Shown here: positions 23,913 to 37,133 of the stretch, in pieces
Layout of the letters: each line of letters starts with the position of its first letter
How positions within the stretch are numbered: position 1 is the first letter of the stretch
NCBI GenBank assembly: GCA_024137785.1
Contig: JAHRHZ010000073.1
Coordinates: 12,347,488-12,411,487, forward strand
Length of the DNA stretch: 64,000 nt
Reading direction: 5' to 3'
DNA from: Ginglymostoma cirratum
Taxonomy: Eukaryota
Program-made: the position numbers and the translations under genes
The notes under the pieces: model-generated
Told to the model about the DNA's origin: nothing
Seen by the model: the letters and a program-made list of their open reading frames with translations, nothing else
Database searches by the model: none

Positions 23913-26900
23913 TTTGTTGTGTGCACGTCTTGGGTTATTTAGAAGATGAAACATTTATGTTTACATATTACCAGCTGTGTATGCTAACCAGTTATTGCAC
24001 TTTCCTTGAATATGCTTTGTTTTGAATAATTTCTTTTATTAAAGAAACCTGGTTGATAGATTTTTTTGTTTAATACCTAATCAAGATAAGGTGTTTAATT
24101 GGTCACCCTGGTAACTGTAACAAGTACTTTTATTTAAATTGTGACTGATGGAATGAGACTAGTGCAGCAATGAACTCATCAAGTCTTGGTTGTAATAGTT
24201 TCCAGAAGCTAATTAAGAGGCCATCCATGCTTCCACAGGTAGTCTGCCAGTGATAATTGGACTAGGTACTGTGTGGAGAAGCCATGAGTAAACAGTGATG
24301 GCTTCTTTGCAGTCCTGGGTAAGGGGAATCCTCCTGACTGGGTACACCATTTTCCACAAAGGCTTCCCATCTCCAGGCAGCAAAGGCTGCCCCCTCTGAA
24401 ATGACAGCCCTGTCCATAGTAACGACCTAACCAACTCCCATGCTTTACCCCTCTCCCCAACCCCTACACCTGCTCTTCTTTCTCCCACCTGCCTTCCACA
24501 CCCCTCCTCCCCCTCCTTTAGCCCTTCTCCTCCCCTCCCCTGCACTCATCCCTTCCCTGATCCATCCCTGCAGCCCCTTCCAATTCCACCCCACTCCACC
24601 CCCTGGGTTGCTGTTCCAGTCCCACTCCTGGAAATACTGCTGGATAAGTACTGCTGACCCTGGCAAGCAATTAGAGCTAGCAACCCTCTAATTGGCTGGC
24701 AGTACTTGATTGTGGGACCTTTGCTATCAAGTAGTTTAACAACTGATGGTAAAAGTTATCAGATGGGCTTAGAACTGAATAAGCAATCCTGGATTCATGA
24801 ACTTTGGGGTTACCCTCAACTTTTGTGACTGCTTTCTCAGCCACTTCTGTGGACATTACATTCAGCCATTGCCAACTGGAACCGTGCTTGTTCTAAGGTT
24901 GGCTTTTCATCTGTCTCCAAAGTACTGTATAGCCACTTTCCTAAATGATTTCTTCTCAAGTACAACCAGCAAAGCTGTTCTCAGCGGAGGGGGCAGTTCC
25001 TGCTGCATTCACTGCTTTCTTCTGTGTATAGCAGTCAGCCTTTGAAGAAAATGTTGCGCATGGGTTTGATGGGAATGATTATATAATCCAGATGACTCAG
25101 CAAGCACAAGTCATGTAAAATTGTGCAGGAATCTGAGGCGATTTTTTTAAATTAGCCTGTGAAATGCAACAGAGCAAAAGCCAGCAATAGAATCAATATC
25201 ATTGCAACTGAGAGTGCAGAGAGGAATAAGCATCTTTCAATCCAATAATGGAAGCAGTTCTTATGAGAAACAAAAATACATTTTTTTTGGATGATATGCC
25301 AACAATGCTTTGATCCCAACTGATGGTACTACTGAAGAAGTCGGGTTCCAGAATGAAAATTGACTTGATAGACTTTTTTTTATTTTTAGTTAGCGTGGTG
25401 GGTATTCCCTGGAGTGCTTTCATATGAGGTTGTGCATGTTCTTTAATAACAGAACATAATGTTATTACACAAATGAAAGTAAACAAATAAACCAAACGAA
25501 ACCACATATACTACAGTTGAAAAGACGTTAACACAAACATCAAAACAAAGCTTCAACATTTTCCAAAGCTACCCATTGAAGTCACTCAAATCCAAAGAAA
25601 TTACACCCTTATCTCAATCTCTAGGTTTCTAATTAACTGACTCCTTCCAGGGTCTTTTTTGTGCTCTGCAGATTGTTCCTTTCAGAGTTTGTTGTCGCAA
25701 ACCTTTCACAAATCTGACGGCTTAAACTTTCCTAATTCTTCTAGCTTCCAGATTTCAGTTGAAACTTTTCAGGCCTGGAATCTTCACAAACTAAACATTT
25801 ATTCTTGGGTAACTGGATTGCCTCAACTCCTGCTAGGAGAGAAAACTAAAACTTGCTTCTGAACTCATTTCTGGTGTTTTCAGAATGGAACTGAAAAAGT
25901 TGCCTCTTAATTCAGTCCCTGCTTCTTTTGAAGTAATCTGAAAACAGAGCTAACAGCCTTAAAGGTTACCCTACTTACCATAAATGCAACAATGTAAACA
26001 ACTTTCCATTGATACCACAGGAGACTGCAAACACATACTTTTGGAGCAATGGTGAATTTAGGTCACTATTCTAGAATGACATGCTGACATCTTTTAAAAA
26101 AAAAATCTCCACAGCAGTATCCCATATAAATCGGCCTTTCTTTTTGAAACAATACAACTATTAAAAATTATCATACATGTTGCAACACCTTTCATCTCAA
26201 TATAACTTACCCCATCGTGCACTTGTGCTCAATCATATTTATGACCTGAAGGTTTTGGTTAGCAGCAAAGCAGTACGCATTCCCACTGTCCATGTAAATT
26301 TTCCTGATCTGATACTTACTACTATCCATTTCTTCCAGAATCTTCCAATCCAGAAGAGATGGAAATAGAGCATTACCTGCCATGGAATTCTATCAGGTCA
26401 GAGTAGAGTTGTGGAAGTGAGAGCACACTCTTTTTATTGGGCTAGCTGTTGTTTTCAAATCAGTTTGAAGGTCTGGACTTTGAGTGGGACTAGTGAATAG
26501 GTGAGTAAACAGATGAATGAATTAGTGAATGGCAGAATGGTGAGTTAGCAAATAGGTAGCTAGGTGAGGTAGGTGAGTGGATAGGTGTGACCGTGGATAG
26601 GTGTGACCATGGGATAGGTAGATAAGTTGTAGGGGTTGGTTATTGAGTTAACCAAGAATAAGACCAGGCTTTAAACAGTCTAACATTTCCTAGCCCACTA
26701 TCAAGGTAAGTTGCCCGGATTTATCTCAAATCTCCAGTTTCAGCTCAGACTCTGAAATGTTCATGGAACATCATGGGCAATAGGGAATTGTCCAGCAGAT
26801 GGCTGTACTTCCTGGACAAGACCCATGTAGATCCACACATTAGGATTAATTTCTACCACGGGATTCTGATAATCTGGAGAACAGAAGATTTGGACTGTGG

Positions 26901-28307
26901 TTGACATCTCATAGAACCACAAAGTGTTGATTTCCTTGTAACTCTTCCTGTTCTACCACACAGTAACTGGGACAGAAGTGTGGCAAAAACCCAGTATCCA
27001 CCACAATTGATGCAATGTTATAATGATATTGTGGGAGTAATGTTGTGAAATCCTGGACTCAGAGAATATCTGAATGATATGGCCACACTACTAATTTTGC
27101 ACTCTGACCTCCAATGCTTCTGAGTCACCCATTCTTTGTCTACCAAATGTATCAATAGCTCCATACTGTTGAGAGATTTTTATTATTTGTATGCAGCCAG
27201 TAAATTGTATTTGCTATTTGGTGGCTTGTCTTTAAAGGGAAGAGCAACTGGAGTTGAGACAGAAAGATACTGTTGACTGTGGAAATTCCTTCTCACACTA
27301 CATTCCCCAAGTTGACATGTTGAGTAATGTTTGTGCAATCCAGCAATTATAGCTTGTACACCAAAAAAAATCACTGTTCCTAATATTAATGGACAAACAC
27401 TAACATCTGCCCATTGGCAAATATTAACTCATTTATTTTAAATGGGTTAATGCCTGTGTTATGATAACATGCAGAGATTATCATAAACATGTGTTAAGTG
27501 GTTTCTGCTGATATCGCCAGCAGCATATTTCTGGGCTATAATTATCTTGCTGCATCCTTGTGAACATTTCTCAGCCAAAAAAAAAGACATTTTTGGATGC
27601 TTATTTTCCTGGGGTAATAATTTATGTTAATAATTACAACTTCCCTCTATGCTCTAAACTTCATGAATTTTTTTTCTCCTTTCCTCTCAGGGTTGTTTAA
27701 CTTGCAAACTGTATTTGTTAGTACATTTTCTATTTATTTCTGACCTTTCCTTGCCCTTCAAAATTGTTAACCCAGTGCTTCATTATAACTTCCAACAGAG
27801 CTTGGAGGCCTTTGTTATTGAAATATGCTGTTCTCTGCTGGCAATCAGCCATTTGTGCCTATAATTGCATACTCTAGTTTGAAATTTAGACATAATTGAC
27901 GTATTAAGTGCTTGAGAAGTGTTAAAGAATCGTTGTTTGAGAAATATTGTGATTGGCTGATATTTCTCATTACAATTAACATCCATTTTTTGGGACAATC
28001 ATATTACGGAATTATAGGCTCTTATGTTTTGCAATTAAAGCTGCCCTTGATCATTTTGAATATTTTGTTTGAGAGCAATTTGATACCGTAGCTCCTGACG
28101 GAGATACTAATTAAATACATTATTTGAAAAGCACTCTATTTTGAATTCAAAAGCTTTGCAATTTTGTGATTGTGATCTCTGCAAAAGTCCCCATATGTTG
28201 CAAGCACGTAGTATGAAGGGGAACAACGACAATATCCATTGGAATTAGATACACATTTGAAATATTGTGAGATTCACTCCTTTCTAAGTGTATTCATTTC
28301 ATTACAG

Positions 28308-28418
28308 GACAGCTTTCCATCTCGTTTTGGAGGAATTCATTTTGTCAATCAGCCTTGGTACATCCATGCACTTTATACTGTCATTAGGCCCTTCCTCAAA
28401 GAGAAGACCAGAAAAAGG
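28308..28418 (+). CDS. CLVS2: Clavesin-2 internal coding exon (CRAL-TRIO/Sec14 domain), 111 bp, phase 0/0
   Basis: ttcatttcattacAG|GAC ... AGG|GTaaga. Encodes [37 protein letters not shown]; GGIH, TVIRP and LKEK are CLVS2-type residues. Confidence 0.95.
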
Positions 28419-30614
28419 GTAAGACAAATGTATTGATGTCTAAAGCACATAATGCCATGTTCCATCTCTATATTAAAAGTGTTTATGCTGTATACTTGAA
28501 ATTAGCTATTTATTATGTTCAGTAAAGGGTAATAGGTTATTCAGAGCAATGCGGTCTTATAATAATTCAAAAGGACTATCTTAATGAAGTTTGTCTAAGC
28601 TGTACTCTATTCAAGTACAGCTTCCCATTGGGAGTACAGAATCAGTTAATTTATCTTGTGTGCACAGACACAGCAATGAATTTTGATCGGATTTGCTTCA
28701 TTGTGCCACATAAGTAAACAAAAAGGCTTTGCCAAACAAGTCGGCATGTTAAACGGTGCTTGTTTAACATGACACTTTGCTGTTCAGGGTGAGTTTATGA
28801 CTTTACAGTCTCAGTAGGAAGCCTTATCTACTGATAACACATATGGGAAACTCTGCACACATTACAATACATGACTGCATTTATAATACATGCTCTCAGC
28901 ATGCAATGCTTCCCACATGGAAAACGAAGTTAAAAAATCATCCTGTATGATAGTTCTTTCATGAAAACATGGCTTTACATTAAATTATTGCATTACTGAA
29001 TGTTATCTTTTCCCTACTTTGTGTTGCTATATGTGTATATCTATTTTTCAACAGCGGTTCATAAATATAGAAGCAGGACTATTAAAAATCATGCAGCATC
29101 ATTATGAATATTGTAACAGATGATTCTGATTGCTTTGTTCCTGTAAGAATCCAAGTGAGGTATAAGCTTGGAAACTAAATACTGATCATGCACTGAGTGC
29201 AGCCTCCTGCATCTCACTGTAAATTTCACAGGCAACCCTGCCTCTAATTGGCCAACTCAGCTCGCTTTAACTTTTCAGGCAATGTCTCTTTAATTAGTAT
29301 GAGGTCGAACTTCTACCGACATCCAGGAGGAAGTGCCACCTCAGCCAATCAAATGTCAGGAGCTCTACACCACACCAGAATTGGTGGCCAATGCTGGAGT
29401 GATGAAGGCTTGGCAGGAAGCCCCCAAACCTAGATACATCCAGGTTCTCACTGGGGCTGTTTTGGCAAGGGATTCTGTATGGATTCTGGATTGTGCAGGG
29501 AGAAAGGTGACTGCTGGGAGTCAAACAGTGAGGAGGAGCCCCTGATTGGCTGAGTGGGCCCAGGAAGTAGGAACCTCCACCCAGCCCCTTCACCCTTGTC
29601 CTTTCACTAAGCAGGATCAAAGTTGAACTTGGAAGACCCAATCATGAAAATACGTCATTCATCATTGAGACTGGAACTGGTAAACAACACAGAAGGAATA
29701 GGGTCCCTATTCAGATGACACTGGAGTTGGAAAAGCAGGGAAGATCACCAACAGCACTAGTGACATCATTAACCAGTAAGACAATGTCAACAGCTTGAAC
29801 ATCATGCAGTACAGCATCAACAATGTGTTACTTGCTTGTGACAGTATTAACAGTATTGGGCAAACAGTATTGTACAACATCACTGTGCAGAATGTGTGCG
29901 ATTCACCACTGAGAGCAATGAATCTCAAATTTTCCAAGATGGAGGCATAGCATCCTGTAACCTAAGAAAAACCCTGAATAATATTCCAGGAAAAGAAAAA
30001 TAAAGCTAAAAAGATTCTGAAGATGTATAGATTATCTCTAAAAGAAAAGATCCTTAATTTCTGTCAGTTTAGGAAAAAGAAATGCTTTGAACAGTTATAT
30101 TCAAGTGGAGGCTGTTTTTGAAGGAAAATGCGTTTTATTTTATTTGTAGCAGTACGAGCTATTTATTAGGAGACTGTACTTTCAGAGTGACATATTACTG
30201 CTGCGCAAGAGTTATGTGACAAGCAATAATGTATCAACTGTCAATCTATCGGTCGTACTCATTGCAGCTCCAGCATTTTGAGTCTAAAATGTGTTTATTT
30301 CTAAGTACTGGGAGCCAGAAGTCACAGCATAAATTAAATTAAAGGATTTGAACAAACAAACTTGAAGTGCTTGCACATTCTGAGGGAAAATTAGAGATAA
30401 AAATGTATCTAAGATACATGTTTGTTTTTCTGTTGCTAATAAATATCATTTAACCTGAATCGATGCAAGAAGTAAACTCAAGTTTTAAGTTTATAGACCC
30501 TGGGATCTGCCAGGAGCTCGGTTGCACACGGGCTAATTTTTTTTTTTTGTTGTGTTTGCTTGTGAATATCAAGTTCCTCCCACTGGTTGGAAGACACCAA
30601 CAGGCAGTTAGTAA

Positions 30615-30765
30615 CCAAGCAGAAAGTGCAGGAGGAACTCTGTCGGTCTGGCAGCATCTTTGTAAAGAGGGAAACAGAGTAATTGGAGTCAACATTCTAT
30701 CTCCACAAATACTGCCAGGCTTGCTGGGTTTCACCAGCAGTTTCAGATCTGCAGCATCTGCATGA
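30615..30765. repeat. Decayed fold-back short element (same family as 14492 and 21143)
   Basis: GCAGGAGGAACTC..GGTCTGGCAGCATC and ..CTGCCAGGCTTGCTGGGTTTCACCAGC arms. Confidence 0.55.
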
Positions 30766-30909
30766 TTTTGCCCCAGGTGTAGCACTGAATTTGCATCTGT
30801 GAAAAATGTTGGCTACTGATGCTTAATATGATTTTTTTTAATTAATGGTTTGAATCTTATTGTTTTATTATTTATACTATCTATGCTGTTTGCTGCATTA
30901 TCTTTCTAG

Positions 30910-31130
30910 ATATTTATGCATGGAAATAACCTGAACAGTCTTCACCAGCTTATACACCCGGAAATCCTGCCATCAGAATTTGGAGGGATGCTGCCACCTT
31001 ATGATATGGGAACCTGGGCACGAACTCTGCTGGAGCATGAATATGATGATGACAATGAATATGTCAGTGATTCCTATAATATGTCTTTCAAAGATGTAGA
31101 AAAGAGCCTCTCTCCAAAGTCTATGAAGAG
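30910..31130 (+). CDS. CLVS2: Clavesin-2 penultimate coding exon, 221 bp, phase 0/2
   Basis: tctttctAG|ATA ... AAGAG|GTgtgt. Encodes [56 protein letters not shown](R). Confidence 0.95.
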
Positions 31131-31257
31131 GTGTGTAGTCTTCTGTTTATCAAACCTGTGTGATCGAATATACCTCGTTAAGATAAATTTATCATCAAAT
31201 AGTAAATCTGTCAGTTAAATAAATAGGAAACTCTTAGCACTGATAGAAAGTAGGTAA

Positions 31258-31720
31258 CACACATTGGAAGCAATTCAGAGAAGGTTGACTAGACTAGTAC
31301 TAGGAATGAACAGATTGCCTTTTGAGAAAAGGCTAGACAGGCAAGTCCTGTATCCTCTGGAGTTTAGAAGAGTGAGAGGTAACGGAATTTAAACGTATAT
31401 GATCCTGAGGGAACTTTATTGTGTGGATGAGGAAAGGATGTCTCTACTTGTGGGAGAAACTACATGTAGGGTTCGTAGTTTACAAATAAGGGTGCGAGTC
31501 TTTGGAATTCCTTTCCTCAAAAGGCAGTGGATGCGTAATCTTTGAATATTTTTTGTAAGGCTGAGGTAGCTAGATTCTTGATTACCAAGGAGATGAAAGA
31601 TTATTCGGAATATTCAGAAATGTAGAGTCGGGGTTAAATCAGATCAGCCGTGAGCTTATTGAATGGCAGAGCAGGCTCAAAAGACTGAGTAACACACTCT
31701 TGTTCCTTGTTCGTATGTGT
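31258..31720 (+). mobile_element. CR1 LINE 3' fragment
   Basis: LEAIQRRLTRLV..LYPLEFRRVRG-like translation and CR1 3' tail (ATTGAATGGCAGAGCAGGCTC). Confidence 0.75.
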
Positions 31721-33845
31721 GTGACGTTACTTTGTTTTGAAGCACTTCAGAATGTGCCTTTTCATTTGAAATTATGGCATTTGTCTATGTAAGGAATTCA
31801 GGCCTTTTTTTTGCAGAATACAGCAATGGTGCAACAGAAAATTATTTTGCAGGATTTTCCATCCATTAATTCAACTCAATGGAAGGAAAATCTTGAAGAG
31901 GTTGCTGAACATTGTGCTTAAATTCTTGACTTGGCCCATTGTATGCTTTTAGGTTGAACACGGAAGGTTGCTTTCATTCCCAAAATCATATAAAACTCAA
32001 TATGCATACTTAACAATCTACATTTTCATATTTTATAAATATCCAAACTGTAAAAGAAATGAAGAATATAAATATGAATGGAAATTATGAGAAGGAAATA
32101 GTGTTTTGATAGTTGTGTAATCAGTCATGCATAGTAATTCTGTAACAGAGGCCCTCAGGGTTATCTCAACAAACACAGTGAAATAGCAATAATTATTTTA
32201 AACATTATGCAAAATATTATGGTTATGCAAAATTTTAAAATGTAGGTGTTTTAAATGCCTTGACAACCTGATAATTCCTCTTGAAACTTTTGACATTTCC
32301 TCTTGATAGTTCCATACATTTATGCACTTTTTATGCACATATATGCCTACTTTTAGTAATCAAATTGTGTACCTAACACTTCCCTAAAAACATCTGACAT
32401 CCCCCAGATGTGTCCCAGGATGTATGCAAAGAGATATCTTACCTCTCCAGAAGGGTACCCTGATTTTACAAATGAATCCAGTGTTCAAACCTACTGCTAC
32501 CAGATAGACTCTGCTCACTTCATGACTCAACACAAATGATACCAAAATCACACAGGAGTGAAGGAAGCTGCTTGTTTCTATGCGTAGATTCCTCATGAAA
32601 CATGCATGTGAAAATTGCAGTTTCCCATTCCTGCCACTGTATAAATGGTGGGTGCTGTGTTCAGGGGTAGGAGTTCCAATTTTTAGCAACATCCACCATT
32701 TGGAAAGAATCTTCATTTACAAAAGTCAAGATCAATCTGAGTCAGTGTTACTGATCTAATTATCACAGTGGCTTCCCACAAACCCAGAGAAAATATGTAT
32801 TGCTAGAGAGATTGATGTAATGATATCATTATAATGTTTGTACCAGAAAATCATTTTAGAGCTGCAAAGGATTCACTTATAAATCAAATCGCCAGGCCAC
32901 CACCAATTAATTCTTCCTTTCATGGTAGGTTTTTCATCAACTTCGGTTGGACCATTCTGCCCAGATTGCAAGATGAAATGTTGCAGTTCTCTAACAGATG
33001 TTGATGCAGAAAATCATGCCCTATGGCCTGTATGTAACACATGTGCTTTATACAGCACACAATAACATATCTTGTAAAGGATCTGACCTAGCATTAATTG
33101 TAATAGCAGTTTCTTGAGGCTCAGGAATCATATGCTAAGATTGCATTGCATTATTAACTCATGACATCTGAATACTCAATCCAACTCACGTGATACATTA
33201 AGAAAAGTAGCATGGGCAAAAATGTGGCATGACCATGTTATTTATTCAAGTTTTAACTTTACTGATTAAAAGTTCTAGTCTCTTTCCCACTTGACACAGG
33301 TTAGTGAAATAGATTAGCTACAGTTAATCTTCAAAGGTCATATTGTGCCTTCAAGGATTTTTACTCAGCGTAACTTGGGTATCATGTTGGCCTTTAGTTC
33401 AAATATATAGCACTAGCAGAATCCTAGAAATTTCTCAAGGTTATATTTAGAATGTCAACAAGGAATAATTCCTGTTCTGAGGTGGAGATTAAGGATCACT
33501 AAAAATTGCTTTGGTGTCATTGGTATATTAGCTGATACCTGTTATACGTCCACAGACAATTTTCCTAACCAATAATTTCTACTTTGGGTTTGCTGCCTCA
33601 CTGCTAACAAGCTTCAAGGAACTGTCAGGAGAGGGATTTGGTGTAGGGAGAACTTAATAGGCAAGGGATTGATTGCAGCCAACTGCATGCACATTAAATA
33701 ATATAAAACATTTTCCTTGCTTTTTGGTAGCAACATCTTGTTGAACCTTATAGTGCCTGGAAACCCTAAACTGAACTGACTATTCATGGTCTGCACTGCT
33801 CAGATCATTCCAATTTGGCATAAAACTTTTCAACAAGCAGATTTA

Positions 33846-33922
33846 ACCCAAAACGTCAGCTTTCCTGCTCCTCTGCTGCTGCTTGGCCTGCTGTGTTTAT
33901 CCAGCTCTACACCTTGTTATCT
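33846..33922 (+). repeat. 5'-truncated copy of the Penelope-associated short repeat
   Basis: ACCCAAAACGTCAGCTTTCCTGCTCCTCTG..ACACCTTGTTATCT matches 13874-13951. Confidence 0.75.
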
Positions 33923-36900
33923 TAACACATGTAATGTTTATTTTAGGCTGCTGTCTGTAAAATGTATCTGGTGAATTTAGTAATAGACCAAATTTTTATT
34001 CCTATGCCATGATGTCAATGCATTACAAAAATGCTTTGTAATAACACCATGTTTCTAAAATCAGTTGTAATTCTTGTACCTCAGAATGTGTAGTTTATTT
34101 GGGTTGATTATGATTGAATTCTGGAATTAACAGGGTTGAATCTGTATTTCCTGTTCAAATCAAGTCTTCTGTTTGGTCTCAGTGAAATACTGAAGATTAT
34201 ATAAGTTTAAATTAATTGGAAAGAAGAAGAGTTGAAATGTTCAAAAACTGACCACATGCATTCAACAAAAGCCTGTCCTCACTAAATTTCATCTGTAGTA
34301 ACCAGTGATGCACGTTGTTTTTCCCAGAATGGAACCTCAGTTGGGTACCCTTTGCTTGTTTTTCAAATTAAATTTTGGCTTGAAATTGTAAGTCTGTTCT
34401 TGAAAGCATACAATTTGTTATCAATATTTTGACAGACATATAGCCAGCTGTAGTTTTCTTTTGACAAATTCATTAATAGCATAAAGGTACCGACAGCTGA
34501 GGTTACTTACTAACACAAACTGACTGAAGGCACAAGAAGCAGCTATTAATTCTATTCAATTACCCTGGTTAAGACAATTGTTCTCAAATTGCTAAGCCAT
34601 TTTGAATTAGAATCATTGACGCCTTGAAGGATGCAGCTCGAAAGGACTCCAGTGGTATATTGTGCCTGTGACAGCACTCTGAAAGAGGTCTCTAATTAGT
34701 TCCAATCCTTTCTTTCTCCCTACTGCACTGAAAATTTTCACCCTTACAATATGTGCCCATCCAGTTCCTTTTGAATATTACTATTAAATCTGCTTGTATT
34801 GCCATCTCCTCCACAAATTCTCTTTCAGGAAATATATTGAAAATTATTATACAGTTGTGTTAAAAAATATATTGCATATGATGCCCCTTTTGTCATTCAT
34901 CTTAAATCTGGTGCATCTCACTTCTCCCTCTGGAGCCAGTTTCTCTTATTGACTCATTCATTAATATCTATGACTCAGAATATCTCTATAAAATTTCAAT
35001 CATGCACTGAGGAAAATATCCTCAGCTTCTCTAGTAATTCTCTATAAAGCAAAGTGTCACCTTTGATTTTATTTAAATAAATACATTCCACTTGCTGTCT
35101 TGGGACCCTTGGTATCCTTCTTAAAGTGCAATGTCTAGAATTTAATATGATGTTTCCTATAAGGTGAGTTTTTTTTGTAAATATTATTTGTTTTCATGTT
35201 CAATGCCTCCGGTAATAAAACCAAGGATTTCCACATACATTTATAATAGTTTTCTCAATTTACGCTGGCATCTTTAAAGATTTACGTACATTGACCCTAA
35301 GGCATCCTGTTATAATACCCCACACACCTATTACACTACATCCTCACCCACTAACTTCTCCATATAGTTTTTTCAAAGAGGATTTGGGACCTTTATATGC
35401 TGTACTGGAATAAGGCTAGCACCATAAAAGGGGGCATAGCTTCTTCACAGATTGCCTGTGCTGGTCCATGTGAGGATTGTTGCACAGCATCAGTTAGAAG
35501 GGTCCTCCATCAGAAGCTGAGCCCAAAAAAATAAGTGCAACTTTTTTGTCTGATTTGGATTATATATTGAGACTTCAACCCAGGTTGGAAGATTTGGGCC
35601 ATTATATATTTAAAAAGAATAGTGGTCTTAATACTTATCCCTATGAAGCATCAATGTAGACTTCCCTCTAGTCTGAAAACAAAATATTCACTGCTACTTT
35701 CACCACCTTTAAGCTATTTAGACCAAGATGACTATAAATGGCTAACAACCCATTTTTTTGGCCACAGACCTGTCAGCCAAGAGTTGAATTTCTACCCAGT
35801 TTATAAAAACATCAATTTTTGTTCTGGCAGGTCCAAGTATATATAAGTCACTTGTCATCCATTTCCCTCTTTAGATGAATGTCAGTGAACACAACTTATA
35901 GCCTGTACTGTAATTGCAGGCTACTTCTTACTTTACTATTCAGTCAGGTTAACACTAACATTAAAAAGAATCAGGTTACAAACAAAGCTGCCTAAGACTC
36001 ATTACTGAGACTTGGGTATTACCCATACTGATCAGGGATAGCTGGCCAGGATTCAGTCACTCACCTGGGTCTGTCCTTTTTCTCTGAACTCCAAGCTCAG
36101 GTACTGCTTCTGCGACGGTCCTAGGTTACGCTGCCAATGTCTTCAAAACACTTAATTTTTATGTGTTCTCTTGAAAGTTTCAGAAAGTTTGACTCTTGCC
36201 CAGGGCCTTTGTGACTGCAGGATCATCCATCCAAGGGTCAGATAGACGAGATACATTTGTTTCACTGTGCTCCATTCTGTATTTTAATTAAGTTTACTGG
36301 TCTTAATAACCTCAAAGGTAAGCAGCCTTTTAGGAGTCCTTATCAACAGAATCCTACTTAACAACCTTACAAAATAGGCTTTAGTTCCTGTGAAATTGGC
36401 CACTTTTTCCCTGTCATCTTTGTAGAGTTACCATTCTGGTACAGTGTTGAAATTAAGATGCAGCCATATGGCTAACATTTGAATGAAAAATAGTAATCAT
36501 TGATGCTGCAATGCCCATTATTTAATGATGAAATAGGAATTAAAGATGCCTCACACTTAGGAAATGAATCTCCACACTCTGAAAGGATGCATGAAACAGA
36601 AAGTACATTCACATTTATAATAATTAAAATTCTACAGATATGAGAGAAGAGGATAAAACAGAGTGCTGTGATGAAAACCTGACCTGTTCTGGACCTTTGG
36701 CATTCAGCATTAATTATACTTGACAAGTTGTGTGCAGTTATTGATTTCAGAATTTACTCATGTTTGTTTGTTACTAGGTCAAATCATAATATTCCATTTA
36801 ATTTTTCATTAGTTTTTCCCCCAAAATTTTCTCCCTTGTTTTTCTGGAGATGCTGATTCCTGATGCAAATAATTCAATGGCCATCAGCTGTTTTTGAGTG

Positions 36901-37048
36901 CCTTCCCGAAATGACCATTGTATACCTTTGAGCCTAGACCATGAGTATTTGCTTAATCATGATGTGTTAGAAAATTTAAAAAAAACTTTGCTTACAACAT
37001 AGTTATTACCTTGTCCTCGTGCTGAATGCACTTTTGTTTTACTTACAG

Positions 37049-37133
37049 ATCCCAGTCAGTGGTTGAAGCTGGAGTTCTGAAACACATAGATAAAGATGAT
37101 GAGAATACTCAACCATTACTTTCCCTGGACTGA
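37049..37133 (+). CDS. CLVS2: Clavesin-2 last coding exon with stop codon; C-terminal clathrin box
   Basis: ttttacttacAG|A TCC CAG ... GAC TGA. The first base completes the Arg codon from the previous exon (phase 2). Encodes SQSVVEAGVLKHIDKDDENTQPLLSLD*. Confidence 0.93.

Noticed and set aside
25370-26090. Possible solo LTR (also about 35900-36460)
   Set aside because: Composition is suggestive, but no convincing TG..CA termini, TSD or PBS/PPT could be identified.
26500-26640. Repeated GTGAGT/GGATAGGTGTGACC units resembling an array
   Set aside because: Short degenerate low-complexity repeat without unique spacers; not CRISPR-like, and the context is eukaryotic.
1-28307. Upstream CLVS2 exons (e.g. 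the ..LRAILLSLE..IEGLQ exon)
   Set aside because: Not found by eye, so they presumably lie upstream of the window. The gap is too small to hide the whole exon if its size is accurate.
31131-31218. ORF extension past the exon donor (CVVFCLSNL..)
   Set aside because: Intron read-through. A GT donor at 31131 and an in-phase terminal exon at 37049 explain the gene.
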